Origin: Pontiella sp.
Lineage (GTDB): Bacteria > Verrucomicrobiota > Kiritimatiellia > Kiritimatiellales > Pontiellaceae
Length of the DNA: 64,000 bases
Assembly (NCBI GenBank): GCA_050290185.1
Contig: JBNKHE010000001.1
Coordinates: 642,713 to 706,712, forward strand
Direction of reading: 5' to 3'
In this document: positions 43,403-54,151 of the stretch, one piece after another
How the letters are laid out: the number at the start of each line of letters is the position of its first letter
Position numbering within the stretch: the first letter of the stretch is position 1
Notes under the pieces: generated by a model
Database searches by the model: none
What the model was told of the DNA's origin: nothing
Seen by the model: the letters and a program-made list of their open reading frames with translations, nothing else
Program-made: the position numbers and the translations under genes

Positions 43403-45790
43403 ATGAATATCATCCATTCCATCTTAAAATCGCCCTCCCGTTGTCTCCTTGCATTGGCATGCCTCCTTCTCCTATTGCCGGCCAGCCGTGCTGAACGATG
43501 GGATTGGAAATCCATGAACAACGACGAACAAGCCTTCTGCGACCAGCATATGCCTCGCATTCTGGAAATCCATAAAACCCAGGGCACCGAGGCGGCACTG
43601 GCCGCAATCGAAAAAACATACCAGTTGGCGGAGAGAACATTCCGCAACCCCTACTTTTTCAACCGGGCTGTCTGGTACGAGGCGCAGGTGAAAGGAGGCA
43701 AGGAAGACGAAGAATGGGGATTGGCCGCTTTTCAATATCTATGGGACCGAGATTTAAAAACACATCCCGAATACGCAATCCGCCTACCAAGCAACCAGTA
43801 TTGTTTGCTTGATAACATCATTGAAAAGAATGCGGAACTTGGAAGGATGGCACAGGCTCGCGCCGTTCGATTGCAGTCCGAAAACTACCTCACCACTCAA
43901 AAAGGACTGGACACCAGCGGAACGTCCTACACGGATATGGGACCGATCTATTCGTTCCTGCCTGAAGCCCGCAAACGCGACTTCCCGATCTATGAACACG
44001 AACTGCCCATGCGCTACCGGGATCCGACCACAGAAACCAAGAAGGACTTTATCGAATACCCCAACATCTATGTGCTTGGTGGGATTGCCGATATGGCACA
44101 AAACTCCGGCGACTGGATCAAAGCCGCTGAATTGAGCATCTGGTGTGCCCGATATGCAGATAAGTACGTTCCAGGCAAAAACCACATGCACAGCGAAGTC
44201 GACAGAATTCTCGCCTTTGGATCCGCCGCACGCCTGGCCGACATTGCCCTGTTGCACGGATATCCCCAGGAGGCACGGCATTTTCTCGAAGAATACGTAG
44301 AGAATTCGGCCGGAAAATACAACTCATGGAAATGTATCTTATATAGGGCTAAACTGGAGCTTGCGGTCACAAAAATCAAGACAGGAGGCTTGGTCGAGGA
44401 AGACATGGTCATGGCCGACGAAGCGGTAGAACTAATCATAGAAGATCCCTACTACGGTCGATCAACCAACATCGGCAGTATCCTGAACAAAGCCCGCATC
44501 TACCATGCATTGGGGCACAAGCAGGAAGCGTGGAGCATGGTCGACAACCTGATGGCCGAAGCGGAAACCGACGTCAACCCCTACCATTGGGTCAGGATGC
44601 TCACCACCGCCATCGACTTGGCACTCGATGACGGAGCCATCCGGCCAGAGCTGGAGAAGTGGTTGGTATTGGCGCTGGATAATGCGCGACAAGCCGGCAA
44701 CAAATTTGAAGAGCTCCCTCTTTACGAAAAATATGCCCACTTCCTCATGATGAAGGGGCGCTATGCCGAAGCCGTCCAGATCCAACAGGAAGCCGTCCGC
44801 CTCGCCAAAGCCATGAGCCTGCCCAAACGCCTGCAGGAGAACCTCGACAAGCTCGCCGACATGCAGCGGCAGATCAGCGATAGACAACTTGCCATGGATT
44901 CCAAGCCGCAGCAGGAAGAAAATCAACCGCAAACCGCCCCTGCTGAAAACTCTCCGGCGGAAGATCGCTCAACACCCCGCCATGGAGGGCTTTCAGCATC
45001 TACCCCTTCCGTGGACATCCAGCCGCGCTCCAGCCTGTCGGCGGCGTTGCCGGGACGACCCGCATACGGTCGTTTCTACCTCCACAACCCGGCCGCCGTT
45101 TCCCAGCAAGGCACGCTTCAGCTGACCGGAGCCATCGATCAACCCGAATGGCGCAACCAACAATGGTTCACCGTCAGCGCCAGCCCAATGTTTGAATCGG
45201 TTCAGCTCGAGAAGACCTTAAACCTGGAGCCGGGAGCATCCTGCATCATCGACATCCTGGGGCTTCCGCTGGAAAACGGCGATGATGCCGAAGTGTCCTG
45301 CCAATGGGTTCCAACCGGGCAGGAACAAGCCGGCGCTACCGGCACATGGAAATATGAATCCGCCGACAACGGCAAACGCACCGCCGTCATCGATGCCCAC
45401 GAGCTGCTGGATAACCCGTTCTACCTTATCCCGATCCACCACATGCTCCAGCGGATCGATTCCGATACGGAGGAGACGATCGACTTCACGGTGGAAGCCT
45501 CCGCCCCCATGCGGATCGAAGCCTACGATGCGCTATCGGGCGAGCTGCTGGCCATCGATGCCAACGGGGACGGCGATTTCATGGACCGGGGCGACCAGAT
45601 TGTCGGCGACGGCAACCGCAACAGCTGGCCCGACCTCGTGTTTGGCAAAAGCCAGCAACTCGCCTCGCTGGTGATGTACGTCAAGCCCACCCAGGCCATG
45701 ACGAACGATGTGGAACTGACAGTCAGCATTCGCGTCAATGACGAGTGGCAGGTCGACTCCATCGACGTCATAAAGCCAGCGGCCCCATAG
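43403..45790 (+). CDS. Exported TPR-like protein B1 with C-terminal beta domain and DxNxDG loop
   Basis: GGAGG SD; signal peptide SRA; GRYAEAVQIQQEAVRL; DANGDGD; paralog of 47354-49720. Confidence 0.8.
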   Translation: MNIIHSILKSPSRCLLALACLLLLLPASRAERWDWKSMNNDEQAFCDQHMPRILEIHKTQGTEAALAAIEKTYQLAERTFRNPYFFNRAVWYEAQVKGGKEDEEWGLAAFQYLWDRDLKTHPEYAIRLPSNQYCLLDNIIEKNAELGRMAQARAVRLQSENYLTTQKGLDTSGTSYTDMGPIYSFLPEARKRDFPIYEHELPMRYRDPTTETKKDFIEYPNIYVLGGIADMAQNSGDWIKAAELSIWCARYADKYVPGKNHMHSEVDRILAFGSAARLADIALLHGYPQEARHFLEEYVENSAGKYNSWKCILYRAKLELAVTKIKTGGLVEEDMVMADEAVELIIEDPYYGRSTNIGSILNKARIYHALGHKQEAWSMVDNLMAEAETDVNPYHWVRMLTTAIDLALDDGAIRPELEKWLVLALDNARQAGNKFEELPLYEKYAHFLMMKGRYAEAVQIQQEAVRLAKAMSLPKRLQENLDKLADMQRQISDRQLAMDSKPQQEENQPQTAPAENSPAEDRSTPRHGGLSASTPSVDIQPRSSLSAALPGRPAYGRFYLHNPAAVSQQGTLQLTGAIDQPEWRNQQWFTVSASPMFESVQLEKTLNLEPGASCIIDILGLPLENGDDAEVSCQWVPTGQEQAGATGTWKYESADNGKRTAVIDAHELLDNPFYLIPIHHMLQRIDSDTEETIDFTVEASAPMRIEAYDALSGELLAIDANGDGDFMDRGDQIVGDGNRNSWPDLVFGKSQQLASLVMYVKPTQAMTNDVELTVSIRVNDEWQVDSIDVIKPAAP

Positions 45791-45799
45791 GCAAAGGTG

Positions 45800-45829
45800 A
45801 AAAAAGCCGCCCCGCAAGGGACGGCTTTT
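45800..45829 (+). terminator. Terminator of cassette copy 1
   Basis: AAAAGCCGCCCC-GCAA-GGGACGGCTTTT. Confidence 0.8.
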
Positions 45830-45854
45830 ACAACTCCATCGCGGGATGGACTAG

Positions 45855-45882
45855 TTGACACCAACAATATACACGTTATGAT
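45855..45882 (+). promoter_or_regulatory. sigma70-like promoter upstream of cassette copy 2
   Basis: TTGACA-N16-TATGAT. Confidence 0.55.
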
Positions 45883-46016
45883 AGCGGTTCACCCAAATTG
45901 CTCACCACGAATCAGCACCTCACCAATTCGATGGACAGCGCTTTTCCCGAAGCGCATTCTTGCATAAGTCCTTTAAAATATGCCTTTAATCGAAATAAAT
46001 CCCTAAAGGGAAAAGC

Positions 46017-47357
46017 ATGAATAAACCATCGCACGCACTCTATCGTTTTCTTGGCGCAAGCTTGTTTGCAGGCATCACCGTTATCGGCGCACTTGTCCTG
46101 CTACCCCAAACCGGCGACGCAGTACAGCTTCGTACGCCCAGCATCTGGGACCTGCTCGTGCCGACGCAACCGCAGTCCCATCCTGAAACCATGGAGGAAC
46201 TGGTCGACCACATCCGCTATGGAAACGAATCGGCGAAAAAACTGCAGGAACGTTTTGCTGATCGTATCGCCGAGTCCGCCGAGGCCACGCGCTATCTCGG
46301 CGAACGCTTCGCACACGAAGGCAATCCGGAACAGGCCATTAAAACATACGAACAATCCATTGAGCTCAAACCCGGCAAGGAAAACCTGACGGCGTTGGCC
46401 AACCTGCTCCTTTCGCAGGGCGACGAGGACAGCTGGCTGGCGACCATGAAAAAACGGCTCGATCTGCCGTTCGACCGATGGAACGATGCAGAGACGAATC
46501 ATGGGATTGCAGCTCATTTTATCGAAACCGGAAAATGGGAACAGGCCCTCCCCTATGCAGAAGCCGCCGCCATGCGTGGCTACTGGTGGGATTACCGCCA
46601 AGCAGCATGGCTCAATGCCGCCTTGGACAACATCCAGCACGGTCTGGAGTGGATGGAGCAGGAACAGGCCAGATGGGGGGATTCCGGCCTATACACCTAT
46701 GTTGCCGCGTTCGACCCAAGACCAACAGATTGGACCAACGAACTGCTCGATAACTACTGTTCGAGATTTTCGCAAGGCAATGCCATTGTACGGGCTCAAT
46801 GCATGAGTATTGCCGTCTTTCGGGAAGATTATGACACCGCAGCTTCACTCATGGAATGGGGACTACTCCATACAAACGATCCATGGTACGGTTTGCACGC
46901 TGCTCTAATTTGCGAGGAACAGGGCTGGATCGAGCGCCGGGACCGAATACTCACGGAGGCGGTCGAACGCTGGGAGGCTTTCCCCAATCAAGACCGATGC
47001 CGCAGGAACATGAAAACATTCATCGACCTGTATATTCAAGCCAACAATCACACGACACTCACCCCGAAACTCAAACGGCAATTACAGACGCTCTTTGATT
47101 CCTGCGGCCGGCGAAAGGCGGATTTCAACGGAGCCTATGTCGGGGAATTATGCCGCCTGAAAGGTGAACCGGAAATGGCTAGGAAGATGTACTCGGAAAT
47201 GGTTTCCGTGCTTCCCCTTGCCAACATCAGCGACTATGTCGCCTTCCGCGGCCTTCGGCTTATCGGCGAAGATCCCGTCAAGATCATGCAAGCACATAGG
47301 GAAAAGCTTCTTGAACAGAACAAGAAGAAATCAGCGGATCCAGGAGTAACATTATGA
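46017..47357 (+). CDS. Exported TPR-like protein A2
   Basis: Shares AVxLRTPxxWDL, NDPWYGLHAA, LFDSCGR and SDYVAFRGLRL with A1. Confidence 0.8.
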   Translation: MNKPSHALYRFLGASLFAGITVIGALVLLPQTGDAVQLRTPSIWDLLVPTQPQSHPETMEELVDHIRYGNESAKKLQERFADRIAESAEATRYLGERFAHEGNPEQAIKTYEQSIELKPGKENLTALANLLLSQGDEDSWLATMKKRLDLPFDRWNDAETNHGIAAHFIETGKWEQALPYAEAAAMRGYWWDYRQAAWLNAALDNIQHGLEWMEQEQARWGDSGLYTYVAAFDPRPTDWTNELLDNYCSRFSQGNAIVRAQCMSIAVFREDYDTAASLMEWGLLHTNDPWYGLHAALICEEQGWIERRDRILTEAVERWEAFPNQDRCRRNMKTFIDLYIQANNHTTLTPKLKRQLQTLFDSCGRRKADFNGAYVGELCRLKGEPEMARKMYSEMVSVLPLANISDYVAFRGLRLIGEDPVKIMQAHREKLLEQNKKKSADPGVTL

Positions 47358-49720
47358 AATTTATGCACAACAAAATCGCTCTGTTCATCCTGATAACAGC
47401 ATTCTCCCTGCTCCATTCTGCCAGCGCTGGTCGTTGGAATTGGGAATCATTTGGTCCAGACAAGGACGCTTTCTGCGAAGAACACATGCCGCGCATTCTC
47501 GAAATCCGCAGCACACAAGGAACCGAAGCCGCGCTTGCTGCCATTGAAAAAACCTTCAGGTTGGCCGAAAAACAGTTTTCAGATCCCTACTTTTTCCATA
47601 GCGCGATCTGGCACGAAGCCCAGGTCATGACAGGGAACGAAGACGAAGCATGGGGGTTGGCGGTGTACGAATACCTTTGGGATCGGGACATGCGCAAGCA
47701 TCCTGAATACGCACTCCGACTTCCGGGCAGCGAATACCTGTTGCTAGACTGCATCAGCAGCAGTAATTGGCAACTCGGCAGGGCAGCGCAGGCCCGAGCA
47801 CTTCTTTTTCAGGAGGAAGACTATCTGACCACCCAAAAGGGATTGGATACTGACTGCACGACCTACCTCGATAATGGCCCGATTTTTTCATTCCTCCCGG
47901 CCGCTCGCAAACGGATATTCCCAATCCGCGAGCAAGACCTTCCCATGCGTTATCGGGGACCGACAGAAATGACGAAAGAGGACTTCATCTACTATCCCTA
48001 CATCTACACACTGACTTTTATTGCAGGTTCCGCGCAAGCTTCCGGCGACTGGATCAAGGCCGCCGAACTTAGCGCATGGGGCATCCGCTATGCCGACGCC
48101 TACATGGAGGCAGAAGATTTTTTTCAGGGAGAAATCGGAAGAGTGGTGGGATATGGCTCGCACAAGCGACTTGCTGATCTGGCCCTATTGCATGGATATC
48201 CGGAAGAGGCCGCTGGCTTTCTCCGCACTTTTATTGAAAAAGCAGAGAGCTACTATGAAACCGGCGAATGGGATATTCTCCTTGCGAAGCTTGCCTTGGC
48301 CGTTATCCGAATCCAGCTCGGAGAACTGACCGAGGATGATTTGGACCTGGCCGATAAAGCACAGAAAGAGATTGCGGGAAACCAATGGAACAGCCGCTCG
48401 ACCGTATTGAGTGGATCATTAAACAAGGCACGCGTCTACTATGCACTTGGCCATAAGCAGAAAGCATGGGAGATGGTCGAAACCTTATTCGAAAAAACCG
48501 CCTCGGATGTAAATCCCTACCACTGGGTTTGCATACTGGGCACGGCCATCGACCTTGCGTTGGAGGATGGCGCCGCACGCCCCGAGCTGGAAGAATGGCT
48601 CGTGCTGGCACTGGAGAATGCGCGCCGAACCGGCAATAAATTCGAGGAGCTTCCGCTCTATGAAAAATATGCACGGTTTCTCATGATCAAAGGGCGTTAT
48701 GCCGAAGCTGTTCAAATCCAACAGGAGGCCATCCGGCTCGCCAAAGCCATGAGCCTGCCCAAACGGTTGCAGGACAACCTCGATGTACTGGCAGACATGC
48801 AGCAACGGATCGCGAATGAAGCCGTGGCCGATGTTCCGGATTCGCAAAGCATCGATCCAACACCGGAAATCGTAGAAACCGAGCCGCCGACAAAAACCAT
48901 CCGACCGATTACAGGTGGCGCGACTCAAACTATTCCAGCCATTGATATCCAGCCGCGCTCCAGCCTGTCTGCGGCGTTACCGGGACAACCCGCGTACGGC
49001 CGCTTCTACCTCCACAACCCGGCCGCCGTTGCCCAACAAGGAACGTTTCAACTGACCGGCGCCATCGATCAACCCGAATGGCAAAACAAACAATGGTTCA
49101 CCATCAGCGCCAGTCCGGCATTTGCAACGGTCCAGCTTGAGAACACCTTAAACCTGGAGCCGGGAGCATCCTGCATCATCGACATTCTGGGATCGCCGTT
49201 GGAAAACGGCGAAGGCGCGGGCGTTTCCTGCCAATGGGTTCCAACCGGGCAGGAACAAACCGGCATTACCGGAACCTGGGAATATGAGTCGGCCGACAAC
49301 AGCAAACGCACCGCCGTCATCGATGCGCACGAGTTGCAGGAGAACCCGTTCTACCTTATCCCGATCCACCATATGCTCCAGCGCACTGATACGGAAGGAA
49401 GCGCAATTGTCGATTACACCATCGAAGCCTCCTCCCCCATGCGGATCGAATCCTACGACGCGTTTACGGGCGAGCTGCTGGCCGTGGACGCAAACGGTGA
49501 TGGCGATTTTCTGGATGAGGGCGACCAGATCGTCGGCGACGACAACCGCAACAGCTGGCCCGACCTCGTGTTTGATGAAAACCAGCATCTCGCCTCGCTG
49601 GTGATGTATGTCAAGCCCACCCAAGCCATGACGACCGATACGGAGCTGACGGTCAGCATTCGCGTCAACGACGCGTGGCAGGTCGACTCCATCGACGTCA
49701 TAAAGCCATCGACACCATAA
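47354..49720 (+). CDS. Exported TPR-like protein B2
   Basis: ATGA overlap with A2; shares HMPRILEI, GNKFEELPLYEKYA and WQVDSIDVIKP with B1. Confidence 0.8.
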   Translation: MKFMHNKIALFILITAFSLLHSASAGRWNWESFGPDKDAFCEEHMPRILEIRSTQGTEAALAAIEKTFRLAEKQFSDPYFFHSAIWHEAQVMTGNEDEAWGLAVYEYLWDRDMRKHPEYALRLPGSEYLLLDCISSSNWQLGRAAQARALLFQEEDYLTTQKGLDTDCTTYLDNGPIFSFLPAARKRIFPIREQDLPMRYRGPTEMTKEDFIYYPYIYTLTFIAGSAQASGDWIKAAELSAWGIRYADAYMEAEDFFQGEIGRVVGYGSHKRLADLALLHGYPEEAAGFLRTFIEKAESYYETGEWDILLAKLALAVIRIQLGELTEDDLDLADKAQKEIAGNQWNSRSTVLSGSLNKARVYYALGHKQKAWEMVETLFEKTASDVNPYHWVCILGTAIDLALEDGAARPELEEWLVLALENARRTGNKFEELPLYEKYARFLMIKGRYAEAVQIQQEAIRLAKAMSLPKRLQDNLDVLADMQQRIANEAVADVPDSQSIDPTPEIVETEPPTKTIRPITGGATQTIPAIDIQPRSSLSAALPGQPAYGRFYLHNPAAVAQQGTFQLTGAIDQPEWQNKQWFTISASPAFATVQLENTLNLEPGASCIIDILGSPLENGEGAGVSCQWVPTGQEQTGITGTWEYESADNSKRTAVIDAHELQENPFYLIPIHHMLQRTDTEGSAIVDYTIEASSPMRIESYDAFTGELLAVDANGDGDFLDEGDQIVGDDNRNSWPDLVFDENQHLASLVMYVKPTQAMTTDTELTVSIRVNDAWQVDSIDVIKPSTP

Positions 49721-49729
49721 GCGAAGACG

Positions 49730-49757
49730 AAAAAAGCCGCCCCGAGGGACGGCTTTA
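49730..49757. terminator. Terminator of cassette copy 2, shared with fbaA
   Basis: AAAAAAGCCGCCCC-GA-GGGACGGCTTT, homologous to 45800-45829. Confidence 0.75.
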
Positions 49758-49778
49758 TCGAACCAATCGAAAGATTGG

Positions 49779-50849
49779 TTAGTTGACGCCGATGGCGTTG
49801 AGGTCTTCGAAAGCCTGCTTAATGCGAGCTGTCATGCTTTCCTGACCCTTGCGGAGCCATATGCGCGGATCGTAGAACTTCTTGTTGGGCTTGTCTTCGC
49901 CTTCCGGGTTGCCGAGCTGGCCCTGCAGGTAGGCTTCGTTGGCCTTGTAGAAGTTCAGCACCCCTTCCCAGGTGGCCCACTGCGTGTCGGTGTCGATGTT
50001 CATCTTGATGACACCGTAACCGATAGCCTCCTCGATCTGCTCCGGAGCGGAACCGGAACCGCCGTGGAACACGAAGTTGAGCGGCTTTTCGGCGAGACCA
50101 AACTTTTCAGCCACATAGGTCTGCGAATCACGCAGGATGGTAGGCGTCAGCTTGACGTTGCCGGGCTTGTATACGCCGTGCACGTTGCCGAAGGAGGCGG
50201 CGATGGTGAAGTTCGGGCTGATGGCAACCATTTTTTCATAGGCATAGGCCACGTCTTCGGGCTGGGTGTACAGCTTGGATTCATCCATGTCGGTATTGTC
50301 GACGCCGTCTTCCTCGCCACCGGTGCAGCCCAGTTCGATTTCCAGCGTCATGCCGATCTTGCTCATGCGCTCAAGATACTTGCAGGAGATTTCAATGTTT
50401 TCCTCGAGGGTTTCCTCGGAGAGATCGATCATGTGCGAGCTGAAGAGCGGACGGCCCTTCTCTTCAAACCACTTTTCACCTTCGTCGAGCAGGGCATCGA
50501 TCCAGGGCAGCAACTTCTTTGCGGCATGGTCGGTGTGGAGAATGACCGGAACGCCATAGGCTTCGGCCATCATGTGCACATGCTGGGCACCGGAGATGGC
50601 ACCGATAACCGGGCCGTTTGCAGGGCAGCCCTTGCCGGCGGTGAACGCCGCGCCGCCATTCGAGAACTGGATGATAACGGGTGAGTTTACCGCTGCGGCG
50701 GCTTCGAGCACCCCATTGATGGAGTCGCTACCGACCACGTTTACAGCGGGCAGTGCGAATTTGTTTTCCTTGGCAAGCTGGAAAACCTTGGCAACGTCGT
50801 CGCCAAAAAGTACGCCTGGTTTTACAACGTCTAGAACCTTAGCTGACAT
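49779..50849 (-). CDS. fbaA: Fructose-bisphosphate aldolase class II
   Basis: LHTDH, FSSHMIDLSEE, GGEEDG, SFGNVHG, FHGGSGS. Confidence 0.97.
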   Translation of the reverse strand: MSAKVLDVVKPGVLFGDDVAKVFQLAKENKFALPAVNVVGSDSINGVLEAAAAVNSPVIIQFSNGGAAFTAGKGCPANGPVIGAISGAQHVHMMAEAYGVPVILHTDHAAKKLLPWIDALLDEGEKWFEEKGRPLFSSHMIDLSEETLEENIEISCKYLERMSKIGMTLEIELGCTGGEEDGVDNTDMDESKLYTQPEDVAYAYEKMVAISPNFTIAASFGNVHGVYKPGNVKLTPTILRDSQTYVAEKFGLAEKPLNFVFHGGSGSAPEQIEEAIGYGVIKMNIDTDTQWATWEGVLNFYKANEAYLQGQLGNPEGEDKPNKKFYDPRIWLRKGQESMTARIKQAFEDLNAIGVN

Positions 50850-51053
50850 GATATGTTCCTTCCTTTTGAGTGAAGCTGGATTACTATTTAATAGCCAATG
50901 AATTTGGCAAAAATTCGCGGGAACTATATCAGGATCCGCCGGACGGTCAATCCCGCTCCGGCGGTTAAATAAGCGGGTGACGCGATGACGGGGAGAACGG
51001 GAGGGTACGCCGCCCTGCTTCGATTCCCCCACTCCGGGAAGGGCGCGCAGACG

Positions 51054-51326
51054 CTAGCGGGGAGGAAAGTCGAAGTGCGTTTCAAAGAGGTCGACAAGCT
51101 TATGAGCCATTTCTTCTTCGTTCGGGCCACTGACCTGGATCTGAACTTCAGCCCCCTTCTCCAGCCCAAGCATGATCATCTCCAATGCCGAAGTGAGCGT
51201 GCATGTCCCCGATTCAGCGGTAATCAGGATCTCGCCTTCATAAGCACATCCCTCCTTGACCAGAATGGCAGAAGGCCGGCAGTGAATGCCGGCCTCGTTT
51301 TGTACAACAGCCTTCACCTCAACCAT
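51054..51326 (-). CDS. ptsH: HPr-family phosphocarrier
   Basis: NEAGIHCRPSA (His15); SALEMIMLG (Ser46); GPNEEE. Confidence 0.88.
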   Translation of the reverse strand: MVEVKAVVQNEAGIHCRPSAILVKEGCAYEGEILITAESGTCTLTSALEMIMLGLEKGAEVQIQVSGPNEEEMAHKLVDLFETHFDFPPR

Positions 51327-51673
51327 TATTTTTCGGCCTTGGTGATGGCATCCTCGTAGACCACTTTGCCATTGACGGCATAGACATGAGCGTCAGAGAT
51401 AACTCCGTATTCTTTACGGTTTGCATTACACTCGGCAACAGCTACCTGATACGCTTCCTTCTTGGTCTCTTTTCCTGCGTCGTAGCCAACGGCAAAATCA
51501 CCATTAGGATCGATCGCAACCACAAACACCTTATTGTCCGGCAGAGACTGGTAGTCCATGAACATAGCCTGAGCATGAGTGGGAAGAGTTGGAACATACG
51601 GACCATTGCTGGCACACCCAGCGACCAACGCCGTAAACATTCCGACACATAGGATTCTAGTTAACACCTTCAT
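51326..51673 (-). CDS. Small hypothetical lipoprotein
   Basis: GGAGG SD; lipobox VAGC. Confidence 0.75.
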   Translation of the reverse strand: MKVLTRILCVGMFTALVAGCASNGPYVPTLPTHAQAMFMDYQSLPDNKVFVVAIDPNGDFAVGYDAGKETKKEAYQVAVAECNANRKEYGVISDAHVYAVNGKVVYEDAITKAEK

Positions 51674-51731
51674 AGCACCTCCAATTATCGATGGTATGGG
51701 GAATATCGGGGAAAATCCGGGCATAGTCAAT

Positions 51732-52574
51732 CTAGCAAAGCAATGAAAACGCAATTTCTGAAAAATGCTTTGCAATCCTGTCGCATACCAGCGGCTCTCC
51801 CTTTACATCGATCACCACATCTTTGACAACCTCAAAGTACGAATCCCCGATATCCAGCGTAAAACGCGGGGTGGCGTCAAACTTCCATTCCCGGCTGTGT
51901 TGACGGTTGATGAGCACGTCGAGAGAAGCCATCTCCAGATCGGCCTCTCCCCAATGCGTCACATCGCCGCCAGAATAGTGCGCAACGAAGCTTTCCCGTA
52001 AAGCCGAGGCCAAGCCCTCTTGATCCAATTCCAGGTTCATTACCGGTGCCGGAACAGATGCAATAGCATGGGTTTCAATGCCGTCGAACATGGAACCGAG
52101 GTAGCGGTTGAGCCGCTCAAGATCAGTGTGGAGCAATAAGGTTCCATGATGCATCGCACGCCCCTTGCGGAAGCAGAAGGCATTGCCGGAAAACTTGAAT
52201 CCGTTTACACTAAGGTTGCTCTTGCCGGTTTTCTCTCCCTTGATGCCAAACGAATCCAATGCCGAAAGCACCATATCGTAGGCCTGCTGTTCACGGTATT
52301 CGCGCCGGTCGGAGATCACACAATAGTTGAGGTTCCCCACATCATGATAGACTGCCCCTCCCCCCGATATGCGCCGGGCCAGCGGCACACCATCGTCCCG
52401 CATCAGGTCGAGTCGACACTCTTTCCACGGATTCTGGTTCTTGCCCATTACCACCGCGCAATCACTCTGCCACAGAAACAGGACGGGGCCATGATCCACC
52501 GCATGCTCCATCAGGTATTCCTCAATAGCGAGGTTGCGGTAGACATCCATACTCTGGGATTCAACGATCAACAC
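51732..52574 (-). CDS. lplA: Lipoate-protein ligase A
   Basis: NLAIEEYL, GKNQNPWKE, RRISGGGAVYHD, KFSGNA, HHGTLL. Confidence 0.9.
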   Translation of the reverse strand: MLIVESQSMDVYRNLAIEEYLMEHAVDHGPVLFLWQSDCAVVMGKNQNPWKECRLDLMRDDGVPLARRISGGGAVYHDVGNLNYCVISDRREYREQQAYDMVLSALDSFGIKGEKTGKSNLSVNGFKFSGNAFCFRKGRAMHHGTLLLHTDLERLNRYLGSMFDGIETHAIASVPAPVMNLELDQEGLASALRESFVAHYSGGDVTHWGEADLEMASLDVLINRQHSREWKFDATPRFTLDIGDSYFEVVKDVVIDVKGEPLVCDRIAKHFSEIAFSLLC

Positions 52575-52704
52575 GTTTATCTTCCTCGTCCTTCCTCCTC
52601 GACCATCGTACTCGGTTTTCGACGACGAGAACGAGTTCGATGACGATCATGATTATTCATTTTATGTGGAACGAACCGCCCGTAGCGATTAAGTTGTGCC
52701 TACC

Positions 52705-53907
52705 ATGTCAAAGATCACCGAGCAATTCATCCAGAAAATACCCAAGACCGACCTGCATGTGCATCTCGACGGTTCACTGCGCCTCCCGACCCTCATCGAA
52801 ATGGCCAAAGCGGCAAAGGTAGAACTTCCCTCCTACGAAGAAGCCGGACTCAACGAGTTGGTCTTCAAGAAGCGCTACTCCAACCTGGGAGAATACCTGA
52901 CCGGCTTTGCCTTCACCGTCGCGGCCCTGCAAAACCCTGAACACCTTGAACGGGCCGCCTATGAACTGGCCCAGGACTCCTACACCGAAGGCGTCCGCTA
53001 CATCGAAGTCCGTTTTGCCCCGCAGCTGCACGTCACCCACATGACGGAAGTTTCCGCCATCGTGAAAGCCGTCCATCGCGGACTCGAACGGGCCAAAAAG
53101 CAGCTTAACTCCTCGGCACCTGAACAAGATCTACCCTTCGAATATGGGATCATACTCTGCGCCATGCGCCGCTTTAACCGCGCCATGTCCCCCTACTACG
53201 ATCGGCTCATCACCCGCGCCGGCACCACCAACATCCGCTACACCTACGCCCGTGCCTCGCTCACCCTCGTAAAAGAAGCCATCAAGCTGCGCGACGAAGG
53301 GGTGCCCATCGTCGGTTTCGATCTCGCCGGCGAGGAGGCCGGCTATCCCGCTATCCACCACAAGTCCGCCTTCCAGCTCGCCCACAGCAATTTCCTGCGC
53401 AAGACCGTCCATGCCGGCGAAGCCTACGGCCCCGAATCCATTTTCCAGGCCATCGCCGAATGCTACGCCAACCGCATCGGCCACGGCACTTTTCTCTTTT
53501 CCGAAGAGGCGATAAAACTAAAATCCATTAAGGATAAAGCCCGTTACATTGCGCAGCTCACCGAATATATTGCCAACCAGCGCATCACCATCGAAGTCTG
53601 CCCCACCAGCAACCTGCAAACCATCCCCGAACTGGACACCCTTGAAAACCACCCTGTCCAGCAGATGATCGACAACGGCCTCTCCGTCAGCATCAGCACC
53701 GACAACCGCCTCGTATCGCATACCACCGTCTGCCGCGAACTCAAGCTCTGCGCCGACCACCTCACCCTCACCGACAGCCAATTCCGCGATCTCGTCCTCG
53801 CCGGCTTCAAGCGCTCCTTCTTCCCTGGCTCCTACGCCGAAAAACGAACCTATGTCCGCCGCGCCATCGGCCTCTACGACCGCCTCGCCAAGCAGTATTT
53901 AGCTTAA
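52705..53907 (+). CDS. add: Adenosine deaminase family protein
   Basis: DLHVHLDGS, HAGE, RIGHG, CPTSN, STDN. Confidence 0.9.
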   Translation: MSKITEQFIQKIPKTDLHVHLDGSLRLPTLIEMAKAAKVELPSYEEAGLNELVFKKRYSNLGEYLTGFAFTVAALQNPEHLERAAYELAQDSYTEGVRYIEVRFAPQLHVTHMTEVSAIVKAVHRGLERAKKQLNSSAPEQDLPFEYGIILCAMRRFNRAMSPYYDRLITRAGTTNIRYTYARASLTLVKEAIKLRDEGVPIVGFDLAGEEAGYPAIHHKSAFQLAHSNFLRKTVHAGEAYGPESIFQAIAECYANRIGHGTFLFSEEAIKLKSIKDKARYIAQLTEYIANQRITIEVCPTSNLQTIPELDTLENHPVQQMIDNGLSVSISTDNRLVSHTTVCRELKLCADHLTLTDSQFRDLVLAGFKRSFFPGSYAEKRTYVRRAIGLYDRLAKQYLA

Positions 53908-54151
53908 GATCGGCATGTGTAGCGCAGACGGTTGATAAATCTAAACATGGGTGCAGGACGCGCTTTTCCGGAACATAGTTGATCGTGAATAACGTATAAT
54001 CTGGCTCGTAAAACCTCCGTGCCCCGTCGGTGCCCTCTGTGGTGAAAATCCATGTTTCGATCTTTTTCCATCTAATTTCTGTTGGAGCGATTTTGGCGAA
54101 CTGATAGTTTTCCGTCTTTCAACCATTCCCAACCGAAAGGCACCAATTAAA

